64,000 bases of DNA, taken from NCBI GenBank assembly GCA_050291625.1, contig JBNKKC010000127.1:4470-68469 (forward strand). The letters are read 5' to 3'. The position numbers were made by a program, and so were the translations under genes. Source of the stretch: Desulfobacteraceae bacterium (GTDB lineage Bacteria > Desulfobacterota > Desulfobacteria > Desulfobacterales > Desulfosarcinaceae). The notes beneath the pieces are model-generated. The model did not search any database. It worked only from the letters and a program-made list of their open reading frames with translations, and had not been told where the DNA came from. Positions 8,790 to 17,663 of the stretch are shown one piece after another (the first letter of the stretch is position 1; each line of letters opens with the position of its first letter).

Positions 8790-9991
8790 AGCACCAGCCC
8801 CTTGCCTTCGGTAAGTACGTACCCGCAAATCGCCACATTCCGATTCACAACAATCCGTTTTTTAGCGATGATGGATTTGATGTGTCCGGGGTGTCCGATG
8901 CGCACCCCCGGGTGAAGCTGGACCGAATCCTGTGAAAAGAGATTGCCGAGGACCACGGCGTTGTGCAAAATTTCTATTGGGCCGTCTGCAAACAGATCGC
9001 CTGCAATAACGCTGTCTCTGCCGATAATCGCGCGCCCTTCACAGCGAATATCTCCATGGATCGAGACGCGATCAGCCAGATCCAGATCCCCTTTGACAAT
9101 CATATCCTGGTCAATGATGGTGCCGCTCAACAGCAAAGAAGATCTTCTGCGATAGTGGGTGACATCATCGATGGTTTTAATTTGCGTTGCGGCCGGACGC
9201 GGCAAACGGCGGGATGGGTATTCGGGCAGGCAACGCTCCTGATAATCGGGGGATGTAATCTGAGGACTGAACAACCGCTGAAACTCGACACCGTGGTCGA
9301 GCACCATCCGCCCGGCACAAGAACAGCTGACACCTAAGCGGGCCCCTGCACCGACGCGGATATCGCCATTGGCGTCGATCCAGCGTATAATGCGGACATC
9401 CGGGCCTAGATCCACATGGGCATCACAGGCCAGTGACCGCAGCCGACAGCGTCGACCGATCGACGCCGATCCGGCGACATACAACTCCTTGCGAAAAGTG
9501 GCCCGCGACTGCGTCCGCAAATCCCCTTGCACCAGCAAAACATGCGGCAGTGTCGTGTCCCTTTCGATTCGGCAGTCGGATTGAACTTCTATGGTTTCAT
9601 CTTTGGACAATCGAACGGTTCGAACACCGGGCACTGAAGCCTTGCCGCCGAGGCCGTTGCGCAAAATGCGACGGAACGATTTGCCCAGATGCCGCGGATC
9701 TTTGCTGTAATGCATCTCAATGGGCAGCGGATATTCGTCCCGCGGCCACAGGCTCTCGCGTAACCCCGGCCAGAAGGGCAAAAAGACCATCCCGCTGAAT
9801 ATCAGCATGATAACCACCGTACCGACAGGATTGACCTGATGCTCCTGGACAGGCTCTTGGGTTTGCTGCATGCTCGTCGCTCCCGGTGCAGCGCCATCTG
9901 CCGTTTGCAGCGGAAGCTCCGTACATCCCTGAATGAGGACACAAACGACCAGGGCCAGACCCAACCAGGGAATCCTCGACGACATTTTCAT
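8786..9991 (-). CDS. Lipobox/TM protein with bactofilin-like beta-helix repeats
   Basis: MKMSSRIPWLGLALVVCVLIQGC lipobox, then a hydrophobic helix VGTVVIMLIFSGMVFLPFWPGL. These are followed by repeated short beta-strand units (VKGDLDLADRVSIHGDIRCEGRAIIGRDSVIAGDLFADGPIEI). ATGA overlaps at both ends. Confidence 0.5.
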   Translation of the reverse strand: MKMSSRIPWLGLALVVCVLIQGCTELPLQTADGAAPGATSMQQTQEPVQEHQVNPVGTVVIMLIFSGMVFLPFWPGLRESLWPRDEYPLPIEMHYSKDPRHLGKSFRRILRNGLGGKASVPGVRTVRLSKDETIEVQSDCRIERDTTLPHVLLVQGDLRTQSRATFRKELYVAGSASIGRRCRLRSLACDAHVDLGPDVRIIRWIDANGDIRVGAGARLGVSCSCAGRMVLDHGVEFQRLFSPQITSPDYQERCLPEYPSRRLPRPAATQIKTIDDVTHYRRRSSLLLSGTIIDQDMIVKGDLDLADRVSIHGDIRCEGRAIIGRDSVIAGDLFADGPIEILHNAVVLGNLFSQDSVQLHPGVRIGHPGHIKSIIAKKRIVVNRNVAICGYVLTEGKGLVL

Positions 9992-11253
9992 TGCGCGGAT
10001 TCCTTGCGAAATCGACGTGTTTTGGCCCATTTCCGCTCTCTCCTGGACAGCTTGTCGGCCAGTGCATCGTAAAGCCCCAGACTTGTATTCCAAAGATTCA
10101 ATAGAAAGTAAAAAAGTAAAAACGGCAGCAGACAGATACGATAGGTGACGCCATCCAGCAGGAAGGCCGTTCCGATCTGGTAGAATGGAGCGAAGTTGCC
10201 AAAGGCGTTATAGCCGGCGATCAGAATGAAGATTACCACACTATGGACGATCTGCATCTCACCCAGGAAGAAAAGCGTAATGGAATCGGCAATTCCGAAC
10301 AATAATAATACGGGAATCGTATAGATCAAAAGCAGCAGGGCGCCGTCGATTTTCTCCCGCAAACGCAAATAGGGTGATTTTATCAACGGTAAAAAATTCT
10401 TGAACATGGCCTGGTTGTGACCCCGGGCCCAACGCCGGATTTGCCGCGAACGGACCGCCCAGGTTTGAGGAACTTCTTCATAGCATTCGACTCGATTGGC
10501 ATAGACGACCTTCCACCCGTTGATCACCAGGCGATAGGTCAAATCGGTATCTTCTGCCAGCACATTCGGGTCGAAGCAGCCCAGAGCCAGCATCAATTCT
10601 CTCCGAAATCCACCGACCGTGCCGCCGTATTGCGGTATCAGCGACAGATTATAACGTGCCTGCTGGTCCACTTGATACCCTCCGCTGCGCTCCAATTCCA
10701 GGATACGCGCCAGCAGACTCTCATTCGTATTCATGGGCACCACTCTGCCCATGACGGCCCCCACCTCCGGATCCTTAAAAGAGACGGCCAAGTCGCGGAT
10801 GGTCCCTTTGCCCGGTATATAGTCGGCATCGAAGACGATGACGATGTCTCCTTTGGCCACCTGAAGCGCGTCATTGAGCCCTGCCGGTTTGCCCCGTTTG
10901 CCGTTGTTGCGATGCAGCGGCTTGACGCTCTTATGATCCCGACTGATCTGCATCAACAGGTCACCGGTGCCGTCGGTGGAATGATCGTTGATGGGAATGA
11001 TTTCAAAGCGATCCAGTGGATAGTCTGAACGCAAAATGGCTTCGATTCCCTGGCGCACAACCTTCTCCTCGTTGTGCATGGGAACGAGAACCGAGACACT
11101 CGGCAGATCCGAATCGACAATATCCTGGTAAAAAAGCCGCTGTTCTCCGGAAACACGGTTTACGGTGAATATGAAATGCCGGATCGAATAGACGACCAAA
11201 ATACAGATCACCACCACCAGGTAGGCTTTCAGTGCGAATACAACCATAGCCAT
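9988..11253 (-). CDS. Processive family-2 glycosyltransferase (PgaC/IcaA/NfrB-like polysaccharide synthase)
   Basis: An N-terminal TM helix, SVLVPMHNEE, DADY (DxD), a QxxRW-type motif RQIRRWARG, and a C-terminal multi-TM bundle. Confidence 0.85.
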   Translation of the reverse strand: MAMVVFALKAYLVVVICILVVYSIRHFIFTVNRVSGEQRLFYQDIVDSDLPSVSVLVPMHNEEKVVRQGIEAILRSDYPLDRFEIIPINDHSTDGTGDLLMQISRDHKSVKPLHRNNGKRGKPAGLNDALQVAKGDIVIVFDADYIPGKGTIRDLAVSFKDPEVGAVMGRVVPMNTNESLLARILELERSGGYQVDQQARYNLSLIPQYGGTVGGFRRELMLALGCFDPNVLAEDTDLTYRLVINGWKVVYANRVECYEEVPQTWAVRSRQIRRWARGHNQAMFKNFLPLIKSPYLRLREKIDGALLLLIYTIPVLLLFGIADSITLFFLGEMQIVHSVVIFILIAGYNAFGNFAPFYQIGTAFLLDGVTYRICLLPFLLFYFLLNLWNTSLGLYDALADKLSRRERKWAKTRRFRKESAQ

Positions 11254-12023
11254 GCATCCTCATCGCGCTTTAAGCGAAGCGCAAGCACCTTGCCGTAATA
11301 GGAGTAAAAGCCGACAATATAGACGAAATCAAACAGTGGACCAAACGAGAAAAACATCACGGCCATATATAAGACCGACACTTTGTACAGCAGAAACAGA
11401 AAGACAACGTAGCGCACGATGCCGAAAATGATGGAGTATACCAGGGTCATTGCAACCATGCCGGCCTTTTCATAGAACGGCGCCGGAAGCGGCGCAAGAG
11501 CAGCACCCATGACAATCGGTATCATGAGCCAAATCCCCAGTTCGGTGCCTTGATAGAGCAAAGAAAATTGACCGACATCGTATGGAAACAAATGGGGACA
11601 AACAATGAAGTAGGCGGAAGCGATGGCGTTGATGACCGCCACAAAAGCGGTCCATACCATGATGGGTCTGGGAATTTGGTGAATTCGGGGCAAACAAATG
11701 ACAATGGCGATGCAAACGATAAAATTGATCAGAGCCAATCCAGGACCCGGAAAGCGAACCGGAAGAATCAGATATGGCAGGTATTCCACAATAAGCATGT
11801 GGGCCGGCCACAGGTTTACGCGCACCGGGCAGTTGAGCCATTGCAGGATCTTCGCGCTGACAAAAGCAAATCGGTCCAGCACATGGTAGTGCCCGGCCAG
11901 GATAACCAGATCAAAGACAATCCACAGGATTAAAAAGGTCCAGCGACTGGAGAGCGAGCTGCCTTTGAACTTCTTATAGGCCCGGTGATAGAAAATCTTA
12001 TTTTTTTCAGAACCAAGCTGCAA
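11229..12023 (-). CDS. Polytopic integral membrane protein of unknown function, first gene of the EPS operon
   Basis: A 264-aa protein with about 7-8 hydrophobic helices. Its 3' end overlaps the GT2 start by about 25 nt. No motif was recognised, and there is no exosortase-type CSG. Confidence 0.55.
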   Translation of the reverse strand: MQLGSEKNKIFYHRAYKKFKGSSLSSRWTFLILWIVFDLVILAGHYHVLDRFAFVSAKILQWLNCPVRVNLWPAHMLIVEYLPYLILPVRFPGPGLALINFIVCIAIVICLPRIHQIPRPIMVWTAFVAVINAIASAYFIVCPHLFPYDVGQFSLLYQGTELGIWLMIPIVMGAALAPLPAPFYEKAGMVAMTLVYSIIFGIVRYVVFLFLLYKVSVLYMAVMFFSFGPLFDFVYIVGFYSYYGKVLALRLKRDEDAWLWLYSH

Positions 12024-12365
12024 GAACGCCGTCTTTCCGAATTACCGATCCATTCCGATGAAATACGTGGTGCAACAGACAGCTGATGCCTTTGACGCAC
12101 CGATCGTATGAGCTGTTTGGTATCAGATGCTGAGTTTCAGATTCAAATTCCACCCCACCGACAGCTAATAGCAAAGTCGCGATGGATTCACAAGGCCATA
12201 CTGACGCTGCCTGTGAGTCGCTATGGGCTTGGAATAACATCACCCTGAGTCGGCTTCGACCTGCGGTTGCCTTTTCGCACCGGATAAGATAGACTGCCCC
12301 GTCGGCGTCACATGGACCACAACCACTTGGAATCAAGGCGCAAAATGGCAGGATATCAGGCTCGT

Positions 12366-13529
12366 ATGAAAAAGATGCTCATCATCGTCGGCACCCGTCC
12401 CGAGGCAATTAAAATGGCACCCCTGATCCGCTCATTCGAGCGGCACTCCGGTCAAATTCAAACCAAGGTATGCGCCACTGCCCAACATCGGGAGATGCTG
12501 GACCAGGTATTCAAGGTTTTCGAACTGAATCCTGATTTTGATTTGAATACCATGCATCCACGGCAGGATCTTTTCGACTTAAGCGCTCGCCTGATGCTGG
12601 GGCTGCGCGATATACTATTGGATTTCAGGCCGGACTTGGTGTTTATTCAAGGCGACACAACCACAAGCTTGATGGCGGCATTGGCGGCCTTTTATCTGCA
12701 AATTCCGGTAGCGCATGTGGAGGCCGGCCTGCGGACAAACAACCCGCTTGCTCCATGGCCCGAAGAGATGAACCGACGGATCAACGGTTGTGTCGCCGAT
12801 ATCCATTTTGCCCCCACGCAGAACGCAAAGCGCAACCTGATCAATGAGAGCGTGCCGCCAGAGAAAATTTTTGTGACGGGCAACACAGGTATTGATGCAT
12901 TGTTTGCAGCCAGGCAAATGATCCGAGATCAGGGGCTGGCGCCAACCCTGCAGCGTATCGTGATGCAGGGCCTGAATGGCCGGCAGATCGAATTCGACCG
13001 CTCGAAACTGCTGCTGGTCACCGGACACCGGCGGGAAAATTTCGGCCGGGGTTTCGAGAATATCTGCCAGGCCTTGCGCTCCATCGCAGCGGACAATCCG
13101 GATGTGCACATTGTCTATCCGGTTCATCTGAATCCCAATGTCCAGAAGCCGGTGCGCAGCATCTTGGATGGCAACGATAACATTCATTTGATAGGGCCGC
13201 TGGACTATTTGCCTTTTCTGTTCTTGATGGAAAAAGCGTACTTCATTTTGACGGACAGCGGCGGAATTCAAGAGGAAGCACCGAGTCTGGGCAAACCGGT
13301 TCTGGTCATGCGTGAGTCCACCGAGCGGACGGAGGCATTGCATGCAGGAACCGTCCAGCTGGTGGGGACCGATCCTGAAACGATTCGGAAAGAAAGCCAA
13401 CGGCTGATCGATGATCGACAGCATTACAACCAGATGTCCAAAGCTCAGAATCCCTACGGCGACGGAACAGCCGCACAGGCTATCGTCGACATCATCCTGT
13501 CACTGAACGGTCGCTATCGAATTTGCTGA
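12366..13529 (+). CDS. wecB: UDP-N-acetylglucosamine 2-epimerase (non-hydrolysing)
   Basis: MKKMLIIVGTRPEAIKMAPLI, HVEAGLRT and TDSGGIQEEAPSLGKPVLVMR are hallmark WecB/MnaA motifs. It is divergent from the EPS operon. Confidence 0.9.
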   Translation: MKKMLIIVGTRPEAIKMAPLIRSFERHSGQIQTKVCATAQHREMLDQVFKVFELNPDFDLNTMHPRQDLFDLSARLMLGLRDILLDFRPDLVFIQGDTTTSLMAALAAFYLQIPVAHVEAGLRTNNPLAPWPEEMNRRINGCVADIHFAPTQNAKRNLINESVPPEKIFVTGNTGIDALFAARQMIRDQGLAPTLQRIVMQGLNGRQIEFDRSKLLLVTGHRRENFGRGFENICQALRSIAADNPDVHIVYPVHLNPNVQKPVRSILDGNDNIHLIGPLDYLPFLFLMEKAYFILTDSGGIQEEAPSLGKPVLVMRESTERTEALHAGTVQLVGTDPETIRKESQRLIDDRQHYNQMSKAQNPYGDGTAAQAIVDIILSLNGRYRIC

Positions 13530-13711
13530 TCCGATTACCTTCCGTCGGATCCGTACCAAAAAGAAAAAAATCGTTTGTAATTTTTGCAAGTTAATTTTAT
13601 ATCCGGGCTGAAAGGTATTTTACGGACAACAGCTTTATTGTGGCCGCAAGGAAAACCTGTCACCAGAAGAACTGGGATCCATATGCCACTTGAATTCGAA
13701 ATGGAGCGCAC

Positions 13712-13987
13712 ATGAATAAGACTGAGTTGATACTTGAACTTGCGCGGCAAGAGAACCTGACAAAAACCGATGCGCAGAAAGTCGTTGAGCTGATATTCGA
13801 TCAGATGGCCAACACCCTTGCCGCAGGCGGACGAGTGGAGATTCGAGGACTATGCTCGTTCAAGGTCAAGCAATACAACGGTTATGCCGGTCGAAACCCG
13901 AAGACCGGACAGCCGGTCAATGTGACCCCCAAAAAACTGCCCTTCTTTAAACCCGGTACGGACTTAAAGGCCAGAGTAGACAAATAG
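13712..13987 (+). CDS. ihfB: HU/IHF-family DNA-binding protein, IHF-beta-like
   Basis: A 91-aa protein with RVEIRGLCSF, GRNPKTG and FFKPGTDLKARV. The pattern closely parallels E. coli IHF-beta. Confidence 0.75.
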   Translation: MNKTELILELARQENLTKTDAQKVVELIFDQMANTLAAGGRVEIRGLCSFKVKQYNGYAGRNPKTGQPVNVTPKKLPFFKPGTDLKARVDK

Positions 13988-14000
13988 ACGGGATGATCGT

Positions 14001-15071
14001 TCAATAAACATAAGAAAAGGTTATGGAACCCCATTCCGAATTGCCGGACTGAGTTCTATACTCCCTGCTTGTATAAACGTGCGCCAGGGCGATCTTAAAG
14101 CGATGCAGGGTAAACCCGATCCCTAAACTCAGCGTTCCCACGAGGGGCTCTTTTTCCACACTGTGACTCTCTTTGAACGTATTGCCATCCAGAGTCATAT
14201 CACGGACCACATAAATTCCTTCAACGCCGCAAAAAAAGTGGGCACCGAAACGATTCAAGGGCTTGTTGAAGCGCGGGTCATCCTTGTCCATCGGTGCATT
14301 CGTATCGAAGCCGGGACGGATCACACTCGTACCAAAATCATTTGGAAGCCGCCACCCCAGGCGCATCTGAGCGCCTCCCAGGGCGCCGATGTATAAATTT
14401 CCCAGAGCGGCGCCCAAGTTCGTGTTCAGATCGAAGCCAAAACCAGCCCATTGTTTGGTACGCAGGGCTTTCCATTTGTGTTCGTAATAGAGGTTCAGCA
14501 CGGGCTCGTCATTGAGTTGGTTGTCCCAGCCTTGAGGTTTGTCTTGATCCAGCAAATCATGGGTCGCGCCCTGGGTATCTTCGGCATAAGAGCTGGGGCC
14601 TACAATACCAAGTATCACCTCCCAGGTGTGGCTCCTTTTGCTGCTGCGGGCGCTGTACCCCAGTGACAGATAGAGAAGGCCGGCATAGGGGCGATCATCC
14701 TCCACGACCTCACGGCTTTCGGTATCTTCGGGTGTGTAGATATTCTGCCCAATCGAAATGGAGACAAAATGGCTATCCTCCGGATTCATGGCAAACGGTT
14801 GATTGGCGATAAGCGAGTGGGCCCAGGCCCCCACCCCCGATTGATATCGATAGTTCTCAAGATCCGCCGATGACCAGGACAGCTTGAATCCGTTGGTATA
14901 AAGATAGTCGGAATGGAAGAATGTGTCGTTTTCAAAATAAATGGTCATTGTCTCATAATCTTTTGCCTTTCGCTCGGCGGCATGAATCGACGCAGGATAC
15001 AGAACCAGCGCGGCAAGAAGCCAAGCAAGGCACAGCCACTGCTCGGCCAACAGTTTGATGTTTTGATGCAT
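14001..15071 (-). CDS. lpxR: Lipid A deacylase LpxR-family outer-membrane protein
   Basis: A signal peptide followed by the YFENDTFFHSDYLYTNGFKLSW motif typical of LpxR/DUF2219. Beta-barrel-like with a C-terminal aromatic residue. Confidence 0.7.
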   Translation of the reverse strand: MHQNIKLLAEQWLCLAWLLAALVLYPASIHAAERKAKDYETMTIYFENDTFFHSDYLYTNGFKLSWSSADLENYRYQSGVGAWAHSLIANQPFAMNPEDSHFVSISIGQNIYTPEDTESREVVEDDRPYAGLLYLSLGYSARSSKRSHTWEVILGIVGPSSYAEDTQGATHDLLDQDKPQGWDNQLNDEPVLNLYYEHKWKALRTKQWAGFGFDLNTNLGAALGNLYIGALGGAQMRLGWRLPNDFGTSVIRPGFDTNAPMDKDDPRFNKPLNRFGAHFFCGVEGIYVVRDMTLDGNTFKESHSVEKEPLVGTLSLGIGFTLHRFKIALAHVYTSREYRTQSGNSEWGSITFSYVY

Positions 15072-15260
15072 TGGTCACCAAACATATTCAGATATGGGTT
15101 TTCGCGCGACGGCCCGGCCGCAGCCGCCTTTCCGTGCCTCAATTGTGGCGAACCGAAGTGGAAATAATCGCAATTCAATTCACAGCAAAGCGGAAGGACA
15201 ATGATTTGGCGTGTCCAGAACAGCGGCTATATACCATTTTCCATTTCCACGATCAACCCA

Positions 15261-15289
15261 TTGACAAAACCGGACCGGTCCATTATGAA
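15261..15289 (+). promoter_or_regulatory. Putative sigma-70 promoter of the thi operon
   Basis: TTGACA (15261-15266), a 17-nt spacer, then TATGAA (15284-15289). It lies just upstream of the riboswitch. Confidence 0.4.
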
Positions 15290-15296
15290 AAAGTAC

Positions 15297-15380
15297 ATCG
15301 CTAGGGGTGCAGTTGACGCTGAGAGGATGCCATCCAACCCTTAGAACCTGATCCGGATAATTCCGGCGAAGGGAAGCGGA
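15297..15380 (+). promoter_or_regulatory. TPP (THI-box) riboswitch aptamer
   Basis: The sequence ctaggggtgc...gctgagag...acccttagaacctgatccggataattccggcgaagggaagcg matches the conserved THI-element core (GGGGUGC, CUGAGA, ACCUGAUCCGGAUAAU, CGGCG.AGGGA). Confidence 0.9.
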
Positions 15381-15405
15381 CCAGCAAAAAATGCAGGCCG
15401 ATGCA

Positions 15406-15437
15406 CCGCTTGCCTTCACAAGGCAGGCGGTTTTTTT
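15406..15437 (+). terminator. Rho-independent attenuator, the expression platform of the TPP riboswitch
   Basis: ccgcttgcct-tcac-aaggcaggcgg hairpin followed by T7. Confidence 0.75.
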
Positions 15438-15560
15438 GTGGCCTCGCAACCGGCCATCCGAAAAGGACGGCACCTGTACGATGGTCGCAGCACCCGGCCT
15501 GCATGGATTCAACCCAACGGCACAGAATCGGCCAATTGCAAAAGCGAGGAACCAAAATCA

Positions 15561-15758
15561 ATGCAAATCACCGTTAACGGAAAAGTGGAAACCATCGAGT
15601 CCGGCGACATAGAGGCCTTTGTAAAGGCAAAAGGTCTGAACGGAGACGCCCTGGTCATCGAGCACAACCACACCATCATCAAACGCGAAAACTGGGGGCA
15701 AATCCAGCTCAAGGAAAACGACACCCTGGAACTTCTCAGTTTTGTCGGAGGAGGATGA
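15561..15758 (+). CDS. thiS: Sulfur carrier protein ThiS
   Basis: A 65-aa protein, MQITVNGK...[10 protein letters not shown], with the C-terminal GG. RBS GAGGA is upstream. Confidence 0.9.
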   Translation: MQITVNGKVETIESGDIEAFVKAKGLNGDALVIEHNHTIIKRENWGQIQLKENDTLELLSFVGGG

Positions 15759-15762
15759 TCGA

Positions 15763-16536
15763 ATGAAAGAGCAAGGCCTGACACTCGGTGACAAGGTATT
15801 TACCAACCGCCTGTTCACGGGCACCGGTAAATTTGCCGACAAGGCGCTGATCCCCAAAATGCTCTCCGCCAGCGGATCGCAGATGATAACGGTGGCGCTT
15901 CGCCGCGTGGATGCCGGATCGGCCGATGAGAACATCCTCGACTATATCCCGGAATCCGTCACCCTGCTGCCCAACACCTCCGGCGCGCGTACGGCCCGGG
16001 AAGCCGTACGCATTGCCCGCATCGCTCGGGAAGCGGGCTGCGGACGGTTCATCAAGATCGAGGTGATCGCCGACATGAAATATTTGATGCCCGATAATTA
16101 CGAGACCCTCAAGGCTACGGAGATCCTGGCCCAAGAGGATTTTGTCGTTCTGCCGTATGTACTCCCGGATTTGATCCTGGCCAAACAGCTGGAATCCGCC
16201 GGCGCAGCAGCCGTGATGCCTCTGGGATCGCCCATAGGATCCAATCGGGGGCTCAAGACCGCAGAATTGATCGCATTGTTGATTGAAAACTGCAGTGTTC
16301 CCGTCATCGTGGATGCCGGTATCGGACGCCCGTCCCACGCCGCCGCGGCAATGGAAATGGGTGCGGATGCCGTATTGGTCAACACCGCTATTGCCACGGC
16401 TCAAGACCCGGAATGCATGGGAAAGGCCTTTTCAATGGCGGTAGAGGCCGGTCGCATGGCCTTTCTGGCCACATTGGCCGAACAGAGCGACAGCGCCCGG
16501 GCGTCATCGCCGTTAACCGGTTTTTTACACATGTAG
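15763..16536 (+). CDS. thiG: Thiazole synthase ThiG
   Basis: [31 protein letters not shown] and VIVDAGIG are ThiG hallmarks. Confidence 0.9.
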   Translation: MKEQGLTLGDKVFTNRLFTGTGKFADKALIPKMLSASGSQMITVALRRVDAGSADENILDYIPESVTLLPNTSGARTAREAVRIARIAREAGCGRFIKIEVIADMKYLMPDNYETLKATEILAQEDFVVLPYVLPDLILAKQLESAGAAAVMPLGSPIGSNRGLKTAELIALLIENCSVPVIVDAGIGRPSHAAAAMEMGADAVLVNTAIATAQDPECMGKAFSMAVEAGRMAFLATLAEQSDSARASSPLTGFLHM

Positions 16537-16546
16537 GACTTGACCC

Positions 16547-17656
16547 ATGTCTTTTTTCGACACCATTGAATCCTATCGTCATTTTAATTTCCAGGCGTTT
16601 TTTGCCAAGGTCCAGCCTGGCGATATCGAGCGTGCACTGAATCGCGAAACATTATCGGCCCACGATTTTTTAGTGCTGTTAAGCCCTCTGGCAACCGACT
16701 TCCTGGAACCCTTGGCCCAAAAAGCGCACCGGCTCACCGTTCAATATTTCGGCCGAACGATTCAATTGTTCATCCCATTATACATCTCAAATCACTGTAC
16801 GAACGAGTGCGTCTATTGCGGGTTCAACCGACGTCATCGCATCGAGCGGCGCAAACTGAGTCTGTCTCAGATCGAAGCCGAAGCCAAGGCAATTGCCGCC
16901 ACCGGCATGCAGCATCTACTGCTGCTGACAGGGGAGGCACGATCCGAAACGCCGTTGGAATACCTGGAGCAAAGCGTTCGATTGCTTAAAACGTATTTTG
17001 CTTCGGTGGCCATTGAAATGTATCCAATGCAGGAGGATGAATATCGGCGATTGAAAGCAGCCGGCGTGGACGGCCTGACCCTGTTCCAGGAGGTCTATGA
17101 TCAAACCCGCTACGGCCAGTTGCACAAGGCCGGCAAAAAAACCGACTACCGGTACCGGCTCGATGCACCGGAACGGGGTGCACAGGCCGGATTCCGGATG
17201 GTGAATATCGGACCGCTGCTGGGACTGGGCGACATCCTTAGCGAAGTATTTTTCAGCGGTCTGCACGCGGGATATCTGGCAGATAGATATCTGCAGACCG
17301 AAATCAGCATCTCCCTGCCGCGTCTCAATCCCGCCGAGGGCGATTATGTGGCCGAGTATTGTGCCGATGACAGACAATTCGTACAATTTATCACTGCTCT
17401 GCGCTGTTTTCTCCCGCGTGCCGGGATTACGATCTCAACCCGGGAGACCGCCGCATTTCGGGATCATTTGATGCGTCTCGGAGCCACCCGCTTTTCCGCC
17501 GGCTCATGCACCGGCGTCGGCGGCTATGCCGAACAGCACACCGATGACACACCGCAGTTCGAAATTACCGATCAACGCAGCGTCGAACAAGTTGTTGCCG
17601 CGATCAAGGGTCAGGGGTATCAACCGGTCTATAAAGATTGGGATCGGATACAATAA
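16547..17656 (+). CDS. thiH: 2-iminoacetate synthase ThiH (radical SAM)
   Basis: A 369-aa protein with the CTNECVYCGF cluster motif. It is placed after thiS-thiG. Confidence 0.85.
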   Translation: MSFFDTIESYRHFNFQAFFAKVQPGDIERALNRETLSAHDFLVLLSPLATDFLEPLAQKAHRLTVQYFGRTIQLFIPLYISNHCTNECVYCGFNRRHRIERRKLSLSQIEAEAKAIAATGMQHLLLLTGEARSETPLEYLEQSVRLLKTYFASVAIEMYPMQEDEYRRLKAAGVDGLTLFQEVYDQTRYGQLHKAGKKTDYRYRLDAPERGAQAGFRMVNIGPLLGLGDILSEVFFSGLHAGYLADRYLQTEISISLPRLNPAEGDYVAEYCADDRQFVQFITALRCFLPRAGITISTRETAAFRDHLMRLGATRFSAGSCTGVGGYAEQHTDDTPQFEITDQRSVEQVVAAIKGQGYQPVYKDWDRIQ

Positions 17657-17663
17657 AAAAAAT

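Noticed and set aside
7695-8915. A 406-aa plus-strand ORF, and similar long antisense ORFs at 12615-13424, 50939-52075, 59107-60096 and 60166-61281
   Set aside because: Each overlaps a well-supported gene on the other strand (EPS periplasmic protein, wecB, DUF885, PPDK_N protein). All have shadow-ORF composition and no start context.
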